From Selaginella moellendorffii (taxonomy: Eukaryota > Plantae > Lycopodiophyta): a DNA stretch of 64,000 nucleotides. The stretch lies in assembly GCF_000143415.4 (NCBI RefSeq), contig NW_003314367.1:1-64000 (forward strand), in the 5' to 3' direction. This document shows, piece after piece, positions 1 to 12,098 of the stretch (positions are counted from its first letter, which is position 1; each line of letters opens with the position of its first letter). The notes below the pieces were generated by a model. That model ran no database searches, was not told where the DNA came from, and was given only the letters and a program-made list of their open reading frames with translations. The translations under genes were made by a program, and so were the position numbers.

Positions 1-585
<585 letters not shown>

Positions 586-1138
586 TATAGTACTATAGTA
601 TATGGATTGTCTATTTGAATTGAATTTGGTCCATTTATTCTTGTATATAAACAGGGGTGGTTTAATATACCCATTCCCATTATGTTTATAAATCATAATT
701 TATAATTTTTTAAATACCAAGGAAACCACAGGTTTGTAAAAGCATTACAAGATTAGTCACTTTTCTCTTGTATTGCATGTGTTTTAGTATTGGTTCAGCT
801 ACAATGGTAGTAATGCCTCACCCAAAACTTCAATTTTATGGAGGCTATAATCTGGGATGGTGGTAGTCATAATTATGCACTAGATAAAAAAGGTTAAGAT
901 AGATCATGAGCTCCAGCATCCACTTGCCACCAGCAACATAATGGTGGCAATTTAAAGCTTTATAGGTGTTAAGAACTTGAGGAAAAGTGTGTATCACATA
1001 AACGGGCAGTGATAAGGATTATGAGATCTCAAGAATCTTGGAGCTAAAGAATAAGGCAACACAAATGTAGACTTCTGGGCCCTCTTGCTTTGTTATTCCA
1101 TATATGTAGTTTTTCTCCAGGCAAAGCAATATGGGAGA

Positions 1139-1653
1139 ATAATGAGCAAGTGTTGTGAGATCAGGATCAAGATCTCTGACCGGAGAGAGATATGATATCC
1201 ATGGCAAAAGAGTTCTGGAGCTTCGTGGGATGGGGCTCGATCATGGTGACTATGGCTGCACCGGGGCAATCTCGGTGCTGGATGCGATGCACGGTGATGG
1301 GTTTCACCCCAGCGTGAAGATGTTTGTGTTGCAGCCATCCCGGGCTGGTGGATCGAGTTCTTCGAGTTGATGGAGATCTGAAATCAAGGAGTGTGATCGA
1401 TCTGCTAGCACGATCAAATCAAGTCGAGGAGGGGGTAGCGATGGCGAGAAAGATGCCATTCACGGGAAATGCAGTGACTTGGAGAACTGTGCTCGCAGCG
1501 TGCCAGAAGTGGCGGCTCGTGGAGATTGGCGAGGTTGCGTTTGAGGCTTTGATCGATCTGGGCAAGCGCCATGCTGCAATCTCTCTCCTCATGGCTGGGA
1601 TCTATGAGCGCGTCCTCTTGGCAATGAGATCGTTGCCATGCAATTCAATCTAG
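1139..1653 (+). pseudogene. PLS-class PPR protein fragment (last PPR repeats plus E domain), frameshifted
   Basis: Overlapping ORFs give 'AISVLDAMHGDGFHPSVKMFV', 'CSHPGLVD', 'VIDLLARSNQVEEG..MPFTGNAVTWRTVLAACQ..VEIGEVAFEAL'. These are typical PLS-PPR/E-domain motifs, split across frames. Confidence 0.8.
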
Positions 1654-1910
1654 CGTTGCGGCAGAGACATAACTTAGAATGTGGCTTACGTCCAAAGAAA
1701 GGACAACAATCAACACAGCATACAAAAGGCATGGTTTTTTTTCTCTCCTTTTGTAGTCAGCCCATTACCCTTAGCAAAGAGCAAGAAATAATGGTAGCAA
1801 AACTTTGTTTTTTTTATAAAAACCAAAAAGCGAATTATTTCTTTACTAAGAAGGATTATCAATCCTGAGCTAGATGCTAAAGAGAAACGTCCAAGCATTC
1901 ATCCTGAACA

Positions 1911-2570
1911 CTAGGCTGTTAGAGCAGCCCAATGGGTGTGGATGGTGGCCACTTGTCCTGGGACTCCAATCCCCCTCAGCCATGCCCAGCCTTCCCTCTG
2001 GTACCCGAAGTCTTGCCTCGATTCATTGGGGCATTCTTCCTTGAGTTGAGAGGAACTCTGGCTTGTTACGTGCCACACTCTGAAAGGCAGGTCACGAGGC
2101 TTGCCCACTACAAAGCGCTCCACAAACAGCTGCTATAAAGCAGCATAGTCCTTCCTCGGCAGCTCAACAAACTTGGTGTTGCTAGACACGAACACAATGG
2201 TCGAGGAGCAAGCCCTTATGTTGAAGCCAGTGCATGCTTCTGCAAATAGCTTAGCCGACTCCACACACTTAGCATCATCCTGCTGGCCATGCAGCTTGAG
2301 CCAGTGGGCCATAACCTGTGCATTCAAAGAAGAAAAATGAGCAGTAATCGACAAAGTAGAAACCTCACCTCCTTTGCTTGCATTCGCAACGTTGCCTTGG
2401 GTTGCCCAAACCTTGTGAGCACCAACCAGCCTGGTAGCTGGTCATAGTTGTGGTTTGCCAACAAAACACCGAGGTGGAAATGTTTGGCCACCCAAGCACC
2501 CAGCTCTTTTCCTCGGAGATGTGGGTGCTCGAGTAGGTTATTATTAGCAACCGTGATGCCATGAAGAGTC
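1911..2570 (-). pseudogene. Fragment of an unknown spliced gene with an in-frame stop
   Basis: Exon 'HGITVANNNLLEHPHLRGKELGAWV..MQAKE', then a gtgagg..gcacag intron (~2317-2368), then 'VMAHWLKL..DYAAL*QLFVERFVVG'. Family not recognised. Confidence 0.4.
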
Positions 2571-2649
2571 TAAAATATAAAATTACTATATTAGACCATA
2601 TGGTAATTAGAAAGCTTGCAAAAGGGAGAGACCTTAGCAAACTAAGCAA

Positions 2650-5434
2650 CAGAGTTCCTTGAAAATTCCCCTAGGTAGATAAATACTTAAAAATCCATAT
2701 GTGAATGGTTCATAAAGCGTGCGAAATTAGAGTAAACTTGCCAAGAGGCGAGGTTATCAAAGTTAGGGAAGTAGTTTTCGAGTGTTCAAAGAGAAGGGTT
2801 TAAACGAAAGTCGATGGTTAAGGACTTTCACACTTATACATGAACTATGTTACAATGGTAGAATAACTTGTTAAGTGAGATTGGCAAGTTGGAGGAACAA
2901 ATACCTTAGTTGAAGGTGCTAATTTCAAAAAGGGTGGCCCATGGGGACAAGCATGGAGGAGTCTATGCATGATCACAGACTTATCAAGTGAGAGGGCTTG
3001 ATAATGTGGAGGAATGAGGTTCCTAAGTTATGATTTATAGCGCGCTTTAAATATAAGTTAGTGCACTGGCATGGGAAGTCATGCTAGGCATCTTGTGTGA
3101 TGCTGTCTATAGATGTATATATGGAGGTTGGGTTCGAGTCCCAACCCTTTAGTTCTTGGGTTCAAGTCCCAACTCACTAGGGCGTGGTGATGGGTTGAAA
3201 TATAAGGATATTCATTTTTCGATGGTCATAGACTCTTAGCAAGGAGACTGGCTTGGGCACACCTCAAAGTGGGGGATGCCCCGGAGTCATGATACACGGT
3301 TAAATTGCTTAGTGTGAAAGCTCAACATATCTAACTTGAACACTTTGGTGCAAGTGGCACCAAAAACGTGGTGAATAAGATAGGGAAACCTAATCTCAGT
3401 TGCTATAGACTCTTAGCCAGAAGGGCTGGCTTGGGTGCACTGCCAAGTGTGGGGGATGCCCCCAAGGTCATAGTGAATAACTTAAAGGTTTGGAAAATCT
3501 AGTACCTATTGGCAAACCTGTTAAGATGCCAAGGTTAGATCACTAGGTGACTAAATGGCTAGAACAAGGACAAAGTCTTTGTGAGGTTAAAGAATAAAAT
3601 TCCTAGTTTAAAGTGTTGATTTAAACTATTGATGATGGTGTGGCTTGGTCAAGATGACCAAGTGGGAAGAACACCTAAGGGAAATGAACTGTGTCAATAC
3701 GATGGTATAGTGAGTCCGAAGAAAGTAATCTTTATAACAGACCCATGGGAGGGTGAGAGGTGGCATCTTGGAGGTTGCATGCGGGCTGTAAATAGAGCCC
3801 ACAGCAAAAAATGCCAAATAGACATACTAGAAGTGAACACCCTCTAGACTTGGTAAAGAAAAGTCTTTGCTATAGAACCGAAAGGATACCTTGAGAATGG
3901 AGGTAGTGATCTTATGTTGCTAGGTGTAACAATAAAAAATAAGAGCAAAAGACTAGTAGCTAAGAAAACAGCCATAGGAATTATGGGAAAGAATCTAAAT
4001 GACAAAGTTAAGCTAAGAACTCTAATGTGTTGGGTGCTAACGGATTTGTAAGAAAGACAATGTGTTTCCAAGGATGGATTCCCAATTGCTTCAATTTAGT
4101 AAAAGTGGAAGCTCCAAGGGAGGGAGCGGTAAGGTAGCTAAATGATAGGGCCATGGATAGCTCTAGCACAAATTATGATAACTAGAACTTAGTGCTAAAG
4201 GTGGCACAAAATTAAAAAAAAGGATGATTGTGCCATCAAGTAGAGAACTTCTTAGGATGGGGAAGTGGAGTTGCACAATATGTACAATGCAAGGTGTCGG
4301 AGACACCTAGGAAATTGACTCCAAGAAGTCAAAATAAAAGTTCCAAAGTGCAAAGGTTATATCAATGGAAACTAAGACTACTCAAGAATGAGTAATGGGA
4401 TTAAGATAGAGAAGGTATCTTTAATAGGTTTAATGAGAACTAAACCAATAAAAGAAGAGAACCACCACAAGTGGTCAAATAAATCTCTAAATTAGAGAGA
4501 CTATACTCCTTAGAGGATGGGCAAGGCATGGTGAGCCTTTGGTGTCAAACCATTGATGAATATTGATGAGGTGCCAAGGATGGAAAGGGTAATACATGTT
4601 AATATTACTTGATAAAATAGTTTATCGTTCAATAAAGACATCAAACTTTGTTTATGGGTGGTGGAGTTGTGAGACACAAAATCCCTAGGCCCCAAAGGGG
4701 AGGCGAAAGGGTGCCATGTGGTAGTGGTAGAAGCAAAAGCCAAATGAGTGTAACACATTTGGACTAAAAGCTCCGACCCAAAAAGTCGAGAGCAAGAGTG
4801 GAACTCCAACGAAGGGCCCAAGGAACGAGCACAAAACAAGCAATAAGTGAGTCTGTAAAAAAAAGACACAAGAGGACCAACATATAACATATGGAAGGAC
4901 CCAAGATGAAGTCTAAGATAGAGTTCGAGATGGACCCAAGATAGAGTTCGAGATGGAGTCTGAGATAGAGTCCGAGATAGACTTGAGATGGACCTAAGAT
5001 AGAGTCCAAGATGGACCCAAGATGGAGTCTAAGATGGAGTCCAAGATAGAGTCCAAGATGGACCCAAGATGGAGTCTAAGATGGAGTCTAAGATAGACCC
5101 GAGATGGACCCAAGATGGAGTCTGAGATGGACTGGAGATGGACCCGAGATGGAGTCCAAGATGGACCCAAAATGGATTTCGAGATGGACCCGAGATGGAG
5201 TCCAAAATGGACCCGAGATAGAGTCCAAGATGGACCCGAGATGGAATCCGAGATGGACCCAATATGGGGTCTGAGATGGAGTCCAAGATGAAATTGAGAC
5301 CAAGACCGAGACCAAGCCCAAGTCTGAAACCGAGTTCAAGTCCGAGTTCGAGTTCGAGTCTAAGTTCGAGTCTGAATACTAATACAGACTGTTGGGTGAA
5401 AGCCCAAAGCGATCATCCCCTGGGGGGGGGGGGG
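2650..5434 (+). mobile_element. Old Ty3/gypsy remnant related to the 47-60 kb family (3' region plus LTR starting ~4668)
   Basis: 3100-3300 matches 59030-59140 and the reverse of 53670-53800. The same 'ggtggtggagt|TGT' LTR boundary occurs at 4657-4670, and the LTR core 'gggtgaaagcccaaag..G-run' at 5394-5434. Confidence 0.7.
4893..5375. repeat. 10-bp-unit tandem repeat (gagatggacc / caagatggag) inside the LTR
   Basis: Direct observation of repeated ~10/20/30-bp units. Confidence 0.9.
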
Positions 5435-6299
5435 NNNNNNNNNNNNNNNNNNNNNNNNNNNNNNNNNNNNNNNNNNNNNNNNNNNNNNNNNNNNNNNNNN
5501 NNNNNNNNNNNNNNNNNNNNNNNNNNNNNNNNNNNNNNNNNNNNNNNNNNNNNNNNNNNNNNNNNNNNNNNNNNNNNNNNNNNNNNNNNNNNNNNNNNNN
5601 NNNNNNNNNNNNNNNNNNNNNNNNNNNNNNNNNNNNNNNNNNNNNNGATACCTAGTGTGGTTCAATGGAACCTCGCTCTAAACCCATGGCTAGAGCACCC
5701 AAAGGTGGAAGGCGGGGAAAGTACCTATGAAGCTCGCGTAGGGCCATGATGTTCCGAAATGTTGTCCCAAAGTCCTGGATGGTGGAAAGGAAGAGGAGCA
5801 CTCTTCTGGCGTAGTGACCAAGGATGCGGTCACATGACAAGGAAGTCCTAGAGAACAAGGGGACTTAGTGGTCGGGTCTGTGGAACTTGATGTAGTGGCA
5901 ATGTTAGTGAACACGGCCATGGACAAAAAAGGACTTAGTGGGGACCGGAGAAGAGATATTGGGGAAGGCTATTCCCTATGTATGTGGGCATCCTAAAGAT
6001 GTTAAGGAGTGGATTTGAGATGATCACTCATGGACGGATAGCCTAATCTTTAAGAAACAGGATTGCAATGCAGGTGGTGTTGGACCACTGGTGTGACCAA
6101 GGGGAATGAGCATAGCCTTAGCGTAACGAGCTGATATGTCAGTGGTATTTTGGGGTGTCGGTCGTGGGATCGGATATGTGGAGCACTTGGACCAAGTGCA
6201 AAGGTTGAGTGGCATGGATGCTATTCTCGAGGTTAACAAGCCCCAAGTCTTGAATTGGACTTATAGAAGTTGTGAATGAGACTCCTCTAAGTGGTCGGA

Positions 6300-6900
6300 G
6301 ATGTGATTAAGTGACTAAAGTAGAATGGAAAAATTAATCACTTACAGTTGGTTTTACCTTCGCGATTGCCACAGGCTATTGATACTAGGTCGTGGGATCA
6401 GTATTTGACAAGTATTCTTCCACTTATTTGAGTAGAGTCTATTGAACATTTGGGCCGCATACAAGTGGGACAACAACTACACTACAACTCCCATCATTGT
6501 CCACCTACGGAGTACAAAGTGGATGACTTGGTGTTATTTCATTTCCCCCATCTTATAGTATATGGTCTATATAAAGGGCTCTTTGCTCAGTGGAAATGAC
6601 TATATCAGGTGTTGTGGCAAGTTAAACCGCAAGTTTATAAGGTTCAATATAACATTCAACAAACAGATCCTTCAAAAATTATGCATATACAGCAATTGAA
6701 ATGTTTTATACAAAGGAATTAGGAATAACTAACACCACCTACAAATCCACCGATACCTCCTCTTAATGTTCCTCTAGATCTTGGTCCATCCATGAAAGAA
6801 CCCTAACGATTTTTTATCATTTCAAAAAGAAGGGATGATGTGAAGTCCAAATGTATAATTATGATATTGTATATTATAATGTAGTGGGATTTTGGTAGCT
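6300..6900 (+). mobile_element. Degraded gypsy integrase C-terminus, PPT and probable LTR start
   Basis: Translates to 'EYKVDDLVL..LFAQWK*LYQV..VYKVQ..MHIQQLKCF' (GPY/F-like). Purine tract at 6824-6835 is followed by TG at 6839. Confidence 0.5.
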
Positions 6901-7608
6901 ATTGGATTGGTTTTAATCTAGACCACTTGCTCCTATATATAAATTAGGGTTTTTTGGTTAATTGATATATATATTTTTTTGTATTCTCTTTCCATATTCC
7001 ATGCACTCAAAACTTCTTAATATATTCTAGTTTATTCATGGTTGATATGCAATAAGATTTAATATTGTATTTATAAATTATAATCATATTTATAATTATA
7101 AACCTTCATTTAATTCATAAATAGGAATAACACTCATTGCTGCATGCAATGTGCAGCAAATTAATATGTGGGAAAATGAAAGGTTAGTGCAAAATGGCTC
7201 AAATCACAGCAATATGGCATTTCTAATTTATTTTGTATTAATTTATAATTTTTTTTATTTTTTTATTTTACTTCTACTTATTGTTTGTAATATTGTTATT
7301 GTTAAAATTCACATCAAGTGAGTCTAAAGTTTTGCTAGAGAGGCTTGGTGATTTGAGATGCATCCATGAGAGATTATGAGAGAGTGACCATGCAAAGATC
7401 ACATATCTCACCAACTGAGATCAGTTTAACCCCTAGCTTGACTAACTTACAACACTCTTAACTTAATTTTCAACAAGATCTTTGCTTTGAGCAAGGTGAC
7501 CTTTGAAGGTGTTCTTGCTCATGACGCTCAAGGCTGTGGAGCCTACGAGGAACTGGAGAAGAAGAAGAAAGTTTCATGGAGATACTCATACTGCACGTTC
7601 CTGAAACT

Positions 7609-7690
7609 CGTGGACGGCAGGATTCGAACCTGCGCGGGTGAAGCCCACATGATTTCTAGTCATGCCCGATAACCACTCCGGCACGTCCAC
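7609..7690 (-). tRNA. tRNA-Ser(AGA)
   Basis: Reverse complement is GTGGACGTGCCGGAGTGGTTATCGGGCATGACTAGAAATCATGTGGGCTTCACCCGCGCAGGTTCGAATCCTGCCGTCCACG. It has an acceptor stem, anticodon stem CATGA/TCATG with AGA, a long variable arm and a GGTTCGAATCC T-loop. Confidence 0.97.
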
Positions 7691-8029
7691 GTTATTGATT
7701 ATGTGTTGTGACGAGCCTCGTTAGCGTTTCCTCTCGAGTGCAAACAAAATTGAAGTCCAAAGAGGCTTAGGTGATATCAGCACCAGTTTTCACAAGAAAG
7801 CAACAACTTGAGTAATGAAGGTGACTGTGTTTCAGCAGGTTGAGACATAACTTTGGAATTTGCAAAGCTCTTGTATGGCCTTTGTGAAGTGGCCGAAAAC
7901 TTAAGTCAACTAACGCACAGCCTAATGACTTGAGATCTTCTCCGTTGTAATGAATGTCCAGCATCTGATCTCGACTCCTATAAGGGCATGCTTGTGACGG
8001 CTGTTGAAGATAACAAGCTCGAGGTCCTT

Positions 8030-9348
8030 TCAGCGCCCAGGATGAGAGGTGGCGGCGGCGGCGAAGATGCCGCGTTCCAAGTCGGCCCAGATATCGTCGA
8101 CGTGCTCCAGGCCGACAGAGATTCTGAGGAGTCCATCTGTGATTCCCAGAGCAATCCGCTGGTCGCGAGGGAGGAAGGAATGCGAGGAGCTTGCCGAGTG
8201 GGAGACGGTGGTGGTGACGCCTCCGAGGCTGGGACACAGCGTTATCATCTGGAATGCGTCTATTGCTGCTGCGGCTCCATCAAGTCCGTTTGGAACTTCG
8301 AGCGCGACGATCGAGCAGCCTTGTGCCGCGTGAACTCGAAGAGGGAGCGGATGAGCTGAAAGCCGCTGAGAAAGAATGCTAGCTGACTGCCACTGTCGCT
8401 GGATTCGGACCTGTGAAGTCCAGAGTGAGAAAACACGAGGCTAGTTGGATAAAAGTGGAGTCTCTCACTTACTTTCAGAGTTTGAATTCCTCGCAGTACG
8501 AGCCATGAATCGAATGGTGAGGCGGCTAGACCCCAGCGAGCTACGATTCCTGCGGCACTTGTCACGTACTCGGATGATCCAACGAGTGCTCCAGCCATAG
8601 CATCATTGTGACCTCCCAGAAACTTGGTCGCAGAGTGTACAACCATATCCGCTCCCTACAAAAACAAAAGAACTCAGAACTTTGACAGTAATCAAGAGAC
8701 AACCTGCTTTAGCGGCTTGAGCTGGACGGGAGTACCAAAGGTATTGTCCACGATAAGAACGCATCCATATTTCTTGCACAACTTTGAAATCGCTGGAATG
8801 TCCGCAACTTTAACCAGCGGATTTGAGAACGTCTCCACAAACACTGCAATGCGGCCACTGACGCCGGCCGTAGCAGCAGCGTAGAGCTCAGAGAGAGTTG
8901 CGTCGAGTCTCACAAGATCTAGAACGTCTTCCAGACGTACGGAGATGCCAAACCTGTCAAAGTCATTGACTAACAAGTCGTAAGTTCCTCCGTATGGATC
9001 ACGCGGAGCGACCAAAACGTCCCCTCTCTTGCACACTGCAAGCAAGGCTGCGAGAATAGCTCCCATTCCCGACGAGCAAGCAAGGCCTGCTCGAAGACCC
9101 AAGCATTAGACAATGTAATTCACTGAAATGGAAAATCTACCTGATTCACCGCCTTCCAGCAGAGCAATAGCGTCTCCTAGCTCCTTGGTGTTTGGAGAAC
9201 CATACCTCCTATAGACGTGAGCAGCTTCAGCGTAGTCGGAAAATTTGTCAAACTTATTTGCAGAAGCCAGGCACAGCACCTGCTTGGCACTGCCTTTGGC
9301 AAGCGGCTTTCCTGAATGGCAGCAAAGAGTAGCGACTTCGAAATCCAT
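8030..9348 (-). CDS. Cys/Met metabolism PLP-dependent enzyme (cystathionine gamma-synthase/gamma-lyase/methionine gamma-lyase family), 384 aa, 4 exons: 9348-9141, 9086-8704, 8655-8473, 8410-8030
   Basis: The spliced frame is open with GT-AG introns of 48-62 bp. Motifs: YRRYGSPN, SSGMGAI, YGGT, ETFSNP, DNTF, HSATKFLGGH (PLP lysine), SLGG, LRISVGLE. Confidence 0.9.
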
Positions 9349-9465
9349 CCCAAGAGCTCTGCGAAAGAAGGAATCAAGGGTAAGCTCTTGCTGCATGTAA
9401 TGCCAAATTGAAGTTCACCTGGATTTAAAATGTAAAGTTTGAAGTATCTGTACATATTAGACACT

Positions 9466-11476
9466 TCACTCGAAACTACACAAAAGGACCCGATCACGGT
9501 GCTCGAGCAGCAGTTTGGACAGTGCAAGAGGAACATGAGCTCTCACTAGTGTTCCTGAATCTGTATACTCCTGTAAAACCAGAAAGTTTTGATTAATTCC
9601 CAGCGAAACAGAAGACTGCCTCATGTTCCACAACACCACGCCTGTGGATCATGTCCACGCCTTGCTATATGGGACAATGGTTTCCACTCGCACAAGTAAA
9701 TCCTGCAAAAATATTTTTGAGTTCTCTGTGTTTCATATGATTTGTAAACCTTGAGTTTTGTTTCCACAGCGTCAAAAAATTCTTGAATGCCTTCTCCGGT
9801 TAAGGCTGACACGCAGATTGCACCTTGTTGTTTGGCTTCCGCTCTCAAGGTATCTGGGTCCTCAGCTTTGTCAATCTTACACAAAAGTAAACGCGATCAG
9901 TAACTTTGCAGACATGTACAGGATTACCTTATTCCACACTGAAAGTAGTCAGCAAGAACTTCGTCAACAGCTTCTGTTTGTTCAGGCGCCATTGGATGAC
10001 TGTAACAAACGCAAATCAAAACACACAGCAAACAAAAGATGAAGGCTAACCTTCTATGTACAACATGTAGGATCAAAGGCAAATCGCTGATTGCACGAAG
10101 GCAACCTACAAACAAAGTTAAGAACGCAAGCTCAAACGTCATGAACTTACAAGTTGTGTCGGAAGCTTTTAAATAAAACCCACAGCATCTGTAAACAAAC
10201 CTTCATTTTCATTCGGGAGCTGAAAAGGATACAACATCAACAACAGAACAATGCCTACATGAGGCTCACCTGTACACGTCTCGTAATAGGATCTAGTGTG
10301 GCAAACAGTTTATCTTCTGCTAGAACACCAGCATTACTAAGCTTGTTCAAAAGTGTGCTCTTGCCAGCATTTGTATAGCCAACCTGTGGAATCTCTAATG
10401 AGCTTACAAGAAAAGAGCCAAGAGATATGTACCAGAGAAATAACAGGGATAGGAACCGATGCTCTCCGGTTTCTATACTGTTGCCTGTGGTCACGTACCG
10501 ACTCGAGATTCTTCCTCAGCTCGGCAATCGTAAAAAGCCACAAACTTCAGTTTCAGTGTGCGAAATCAACCTTTGTTCTAAGGATACGTTTATCAAGTTC
10601 GATCTGCTTCTCTCCCATACCATTCACCATACCTCCTGCTTGTCTTTCAAGGGGAGTCCAAAGTTTTGTCGATCGCGGCAGCTGGTACTCACTCTACCTT
10701 TGAAGAATAAGCAGTTTTATCTTGAAAAAGATAAAAAAAGTTACAGCACAAAATCCTGTTAAACTACAATAACAGCTACCTGCAAAGCCACTTTCACGCG
10801 TCGCTGCTCTCTGGCTAAAGATGTCAAGAATCAGAGCTGTGTGAACATGATCACCAAATGCCTTTTCTAACCTGGAATGGAAGCCAATGAGCAATTGGAA
10901 GACGTTGTCATGGAGAGTTCCTAAAGTTCTTGCCATTCTTACCCCGGCGATATTTCGTCATCCAAGGTCACCCGTCTCAACGTCGAGAGCCTGGAGAGCG
11001 GTCTTCACCTCCGCAACTTTCCCAGACGCCATGTATGTTCTCGGATTTGGACAATCTATAGGTAATAAAGCAAAAAAGCTTCGCAAAAGCTATAAGCTTG
11101 AAAACTTGACACGTACTTTTGATATGTCGGCCAGTCCGGCTGTGTCGGCAAGCTGCTCGAGCTCCAAACAATGCGCGATGGTCGACTCCCACGAGAAACG
11201 CATTCTCTTGATAAATCTACACGCGGCAAGTCCCAACAATCATCGACTAGAAAGAAGAAATCTATCACAGTTTCTTACCTCTCGATTGTTGCGAATCACA
11301 AATCGATCGCTGGAATCCTCACTACTATCAGTCACAGACGACGATACCGTAGTGCTCCGACCTGGCGAAGAGCGAGAGCTTCTTCCTCTCGCGGCGGCAC
11401 AAGCGGAAATTCGCCCCCCATTTCTCTGCTCCTCCTCATCAATGTGGATCCCATCCCGGAGCCGGCATTCTGCCAT
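9466..11476 (-). pseudogene. hflX: HflX GTPase (plastid-type) pseudogene
   Basis: Motifs [56 protein letters not shown]. In-frame TAA at 10169-10171 in 'DAVGFI*KLP', plus deletions in the AFRATLEE region. Confidence 0.85.
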
Positions 11477-12098
11477 CGCTCATCCACACCAAAGAGCCCT
11501 AAAACCCGTGTAAAGCTCGAATATACTAGAATAGTTTTCAAATTTTAGGGTTTATCTTTCATAAGGTTTTAGACCATGGTCATGTCCTAGAAATTGTAAG
11601 CTCTCTCCAAGTTATTTCATGAATGATTTGTGTAAATCCTTGAACAGGGAGATACCATCTACGATGCAAAGACCAACATTTCCAGCAACAACAACAAGTA
11701 CTACGCTTAGGTAGTCTCTTGATTTTTCTATGCACTGACTAATCTCGCCCCTTTCTTTTTCTGAAGAGTCTGATGATCGAATTGCGTACTATACGTTTGC
11801 GCGATGGGGTAGAGTCGGCTCCATGACTAGGGAGGTAATTAACGCCAGAAACCTTGTAGACAAGGAGTTTGATCGTTGCAAAATAATTATGATAGAAGGG
11901 AATCCGAATATTCGCAACGCGCCATAGCGCGGATCTCTGACCGTCCGATTGCGCTAGAAACAAGCGGCTGGATGCTAACCCTACTGCGTCATTTGTGCGC
12001 GATCCCACGGCACCGCCGAGAGCTCCGATCGATCGGGGGAGCGATTCGTCCTTTCAGGTTAGTGCTGCGAGGCTAGCGCGGCGCGAGCTAGATCCAAG

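Noticed and set aside
4893-5375. Regular short repeats as a CRISPR-like array, or the Ser/Asp/Leu-rich ORFs over them (also 47561-47830, 53233-53547, 57373-57813, 60649-60928)
   Set aside because: Units are directly tandem with no unique spacers and lie inside LTRs. The ORFs are repeat read-throughs.
5264-5749. ORFs spanning the N gaps (also 59682-60000)
   Set aside because: Artefacts of unknown bases.
7609-9348. Functional link between tRNA-Ser and the adjacent sulfur-amino-acid enzyme (selenocysteine-like system)
   Set aside because: The anticodon is AGA (ordinary Ser), not TCA. Adjacency is expected in a compact genome.
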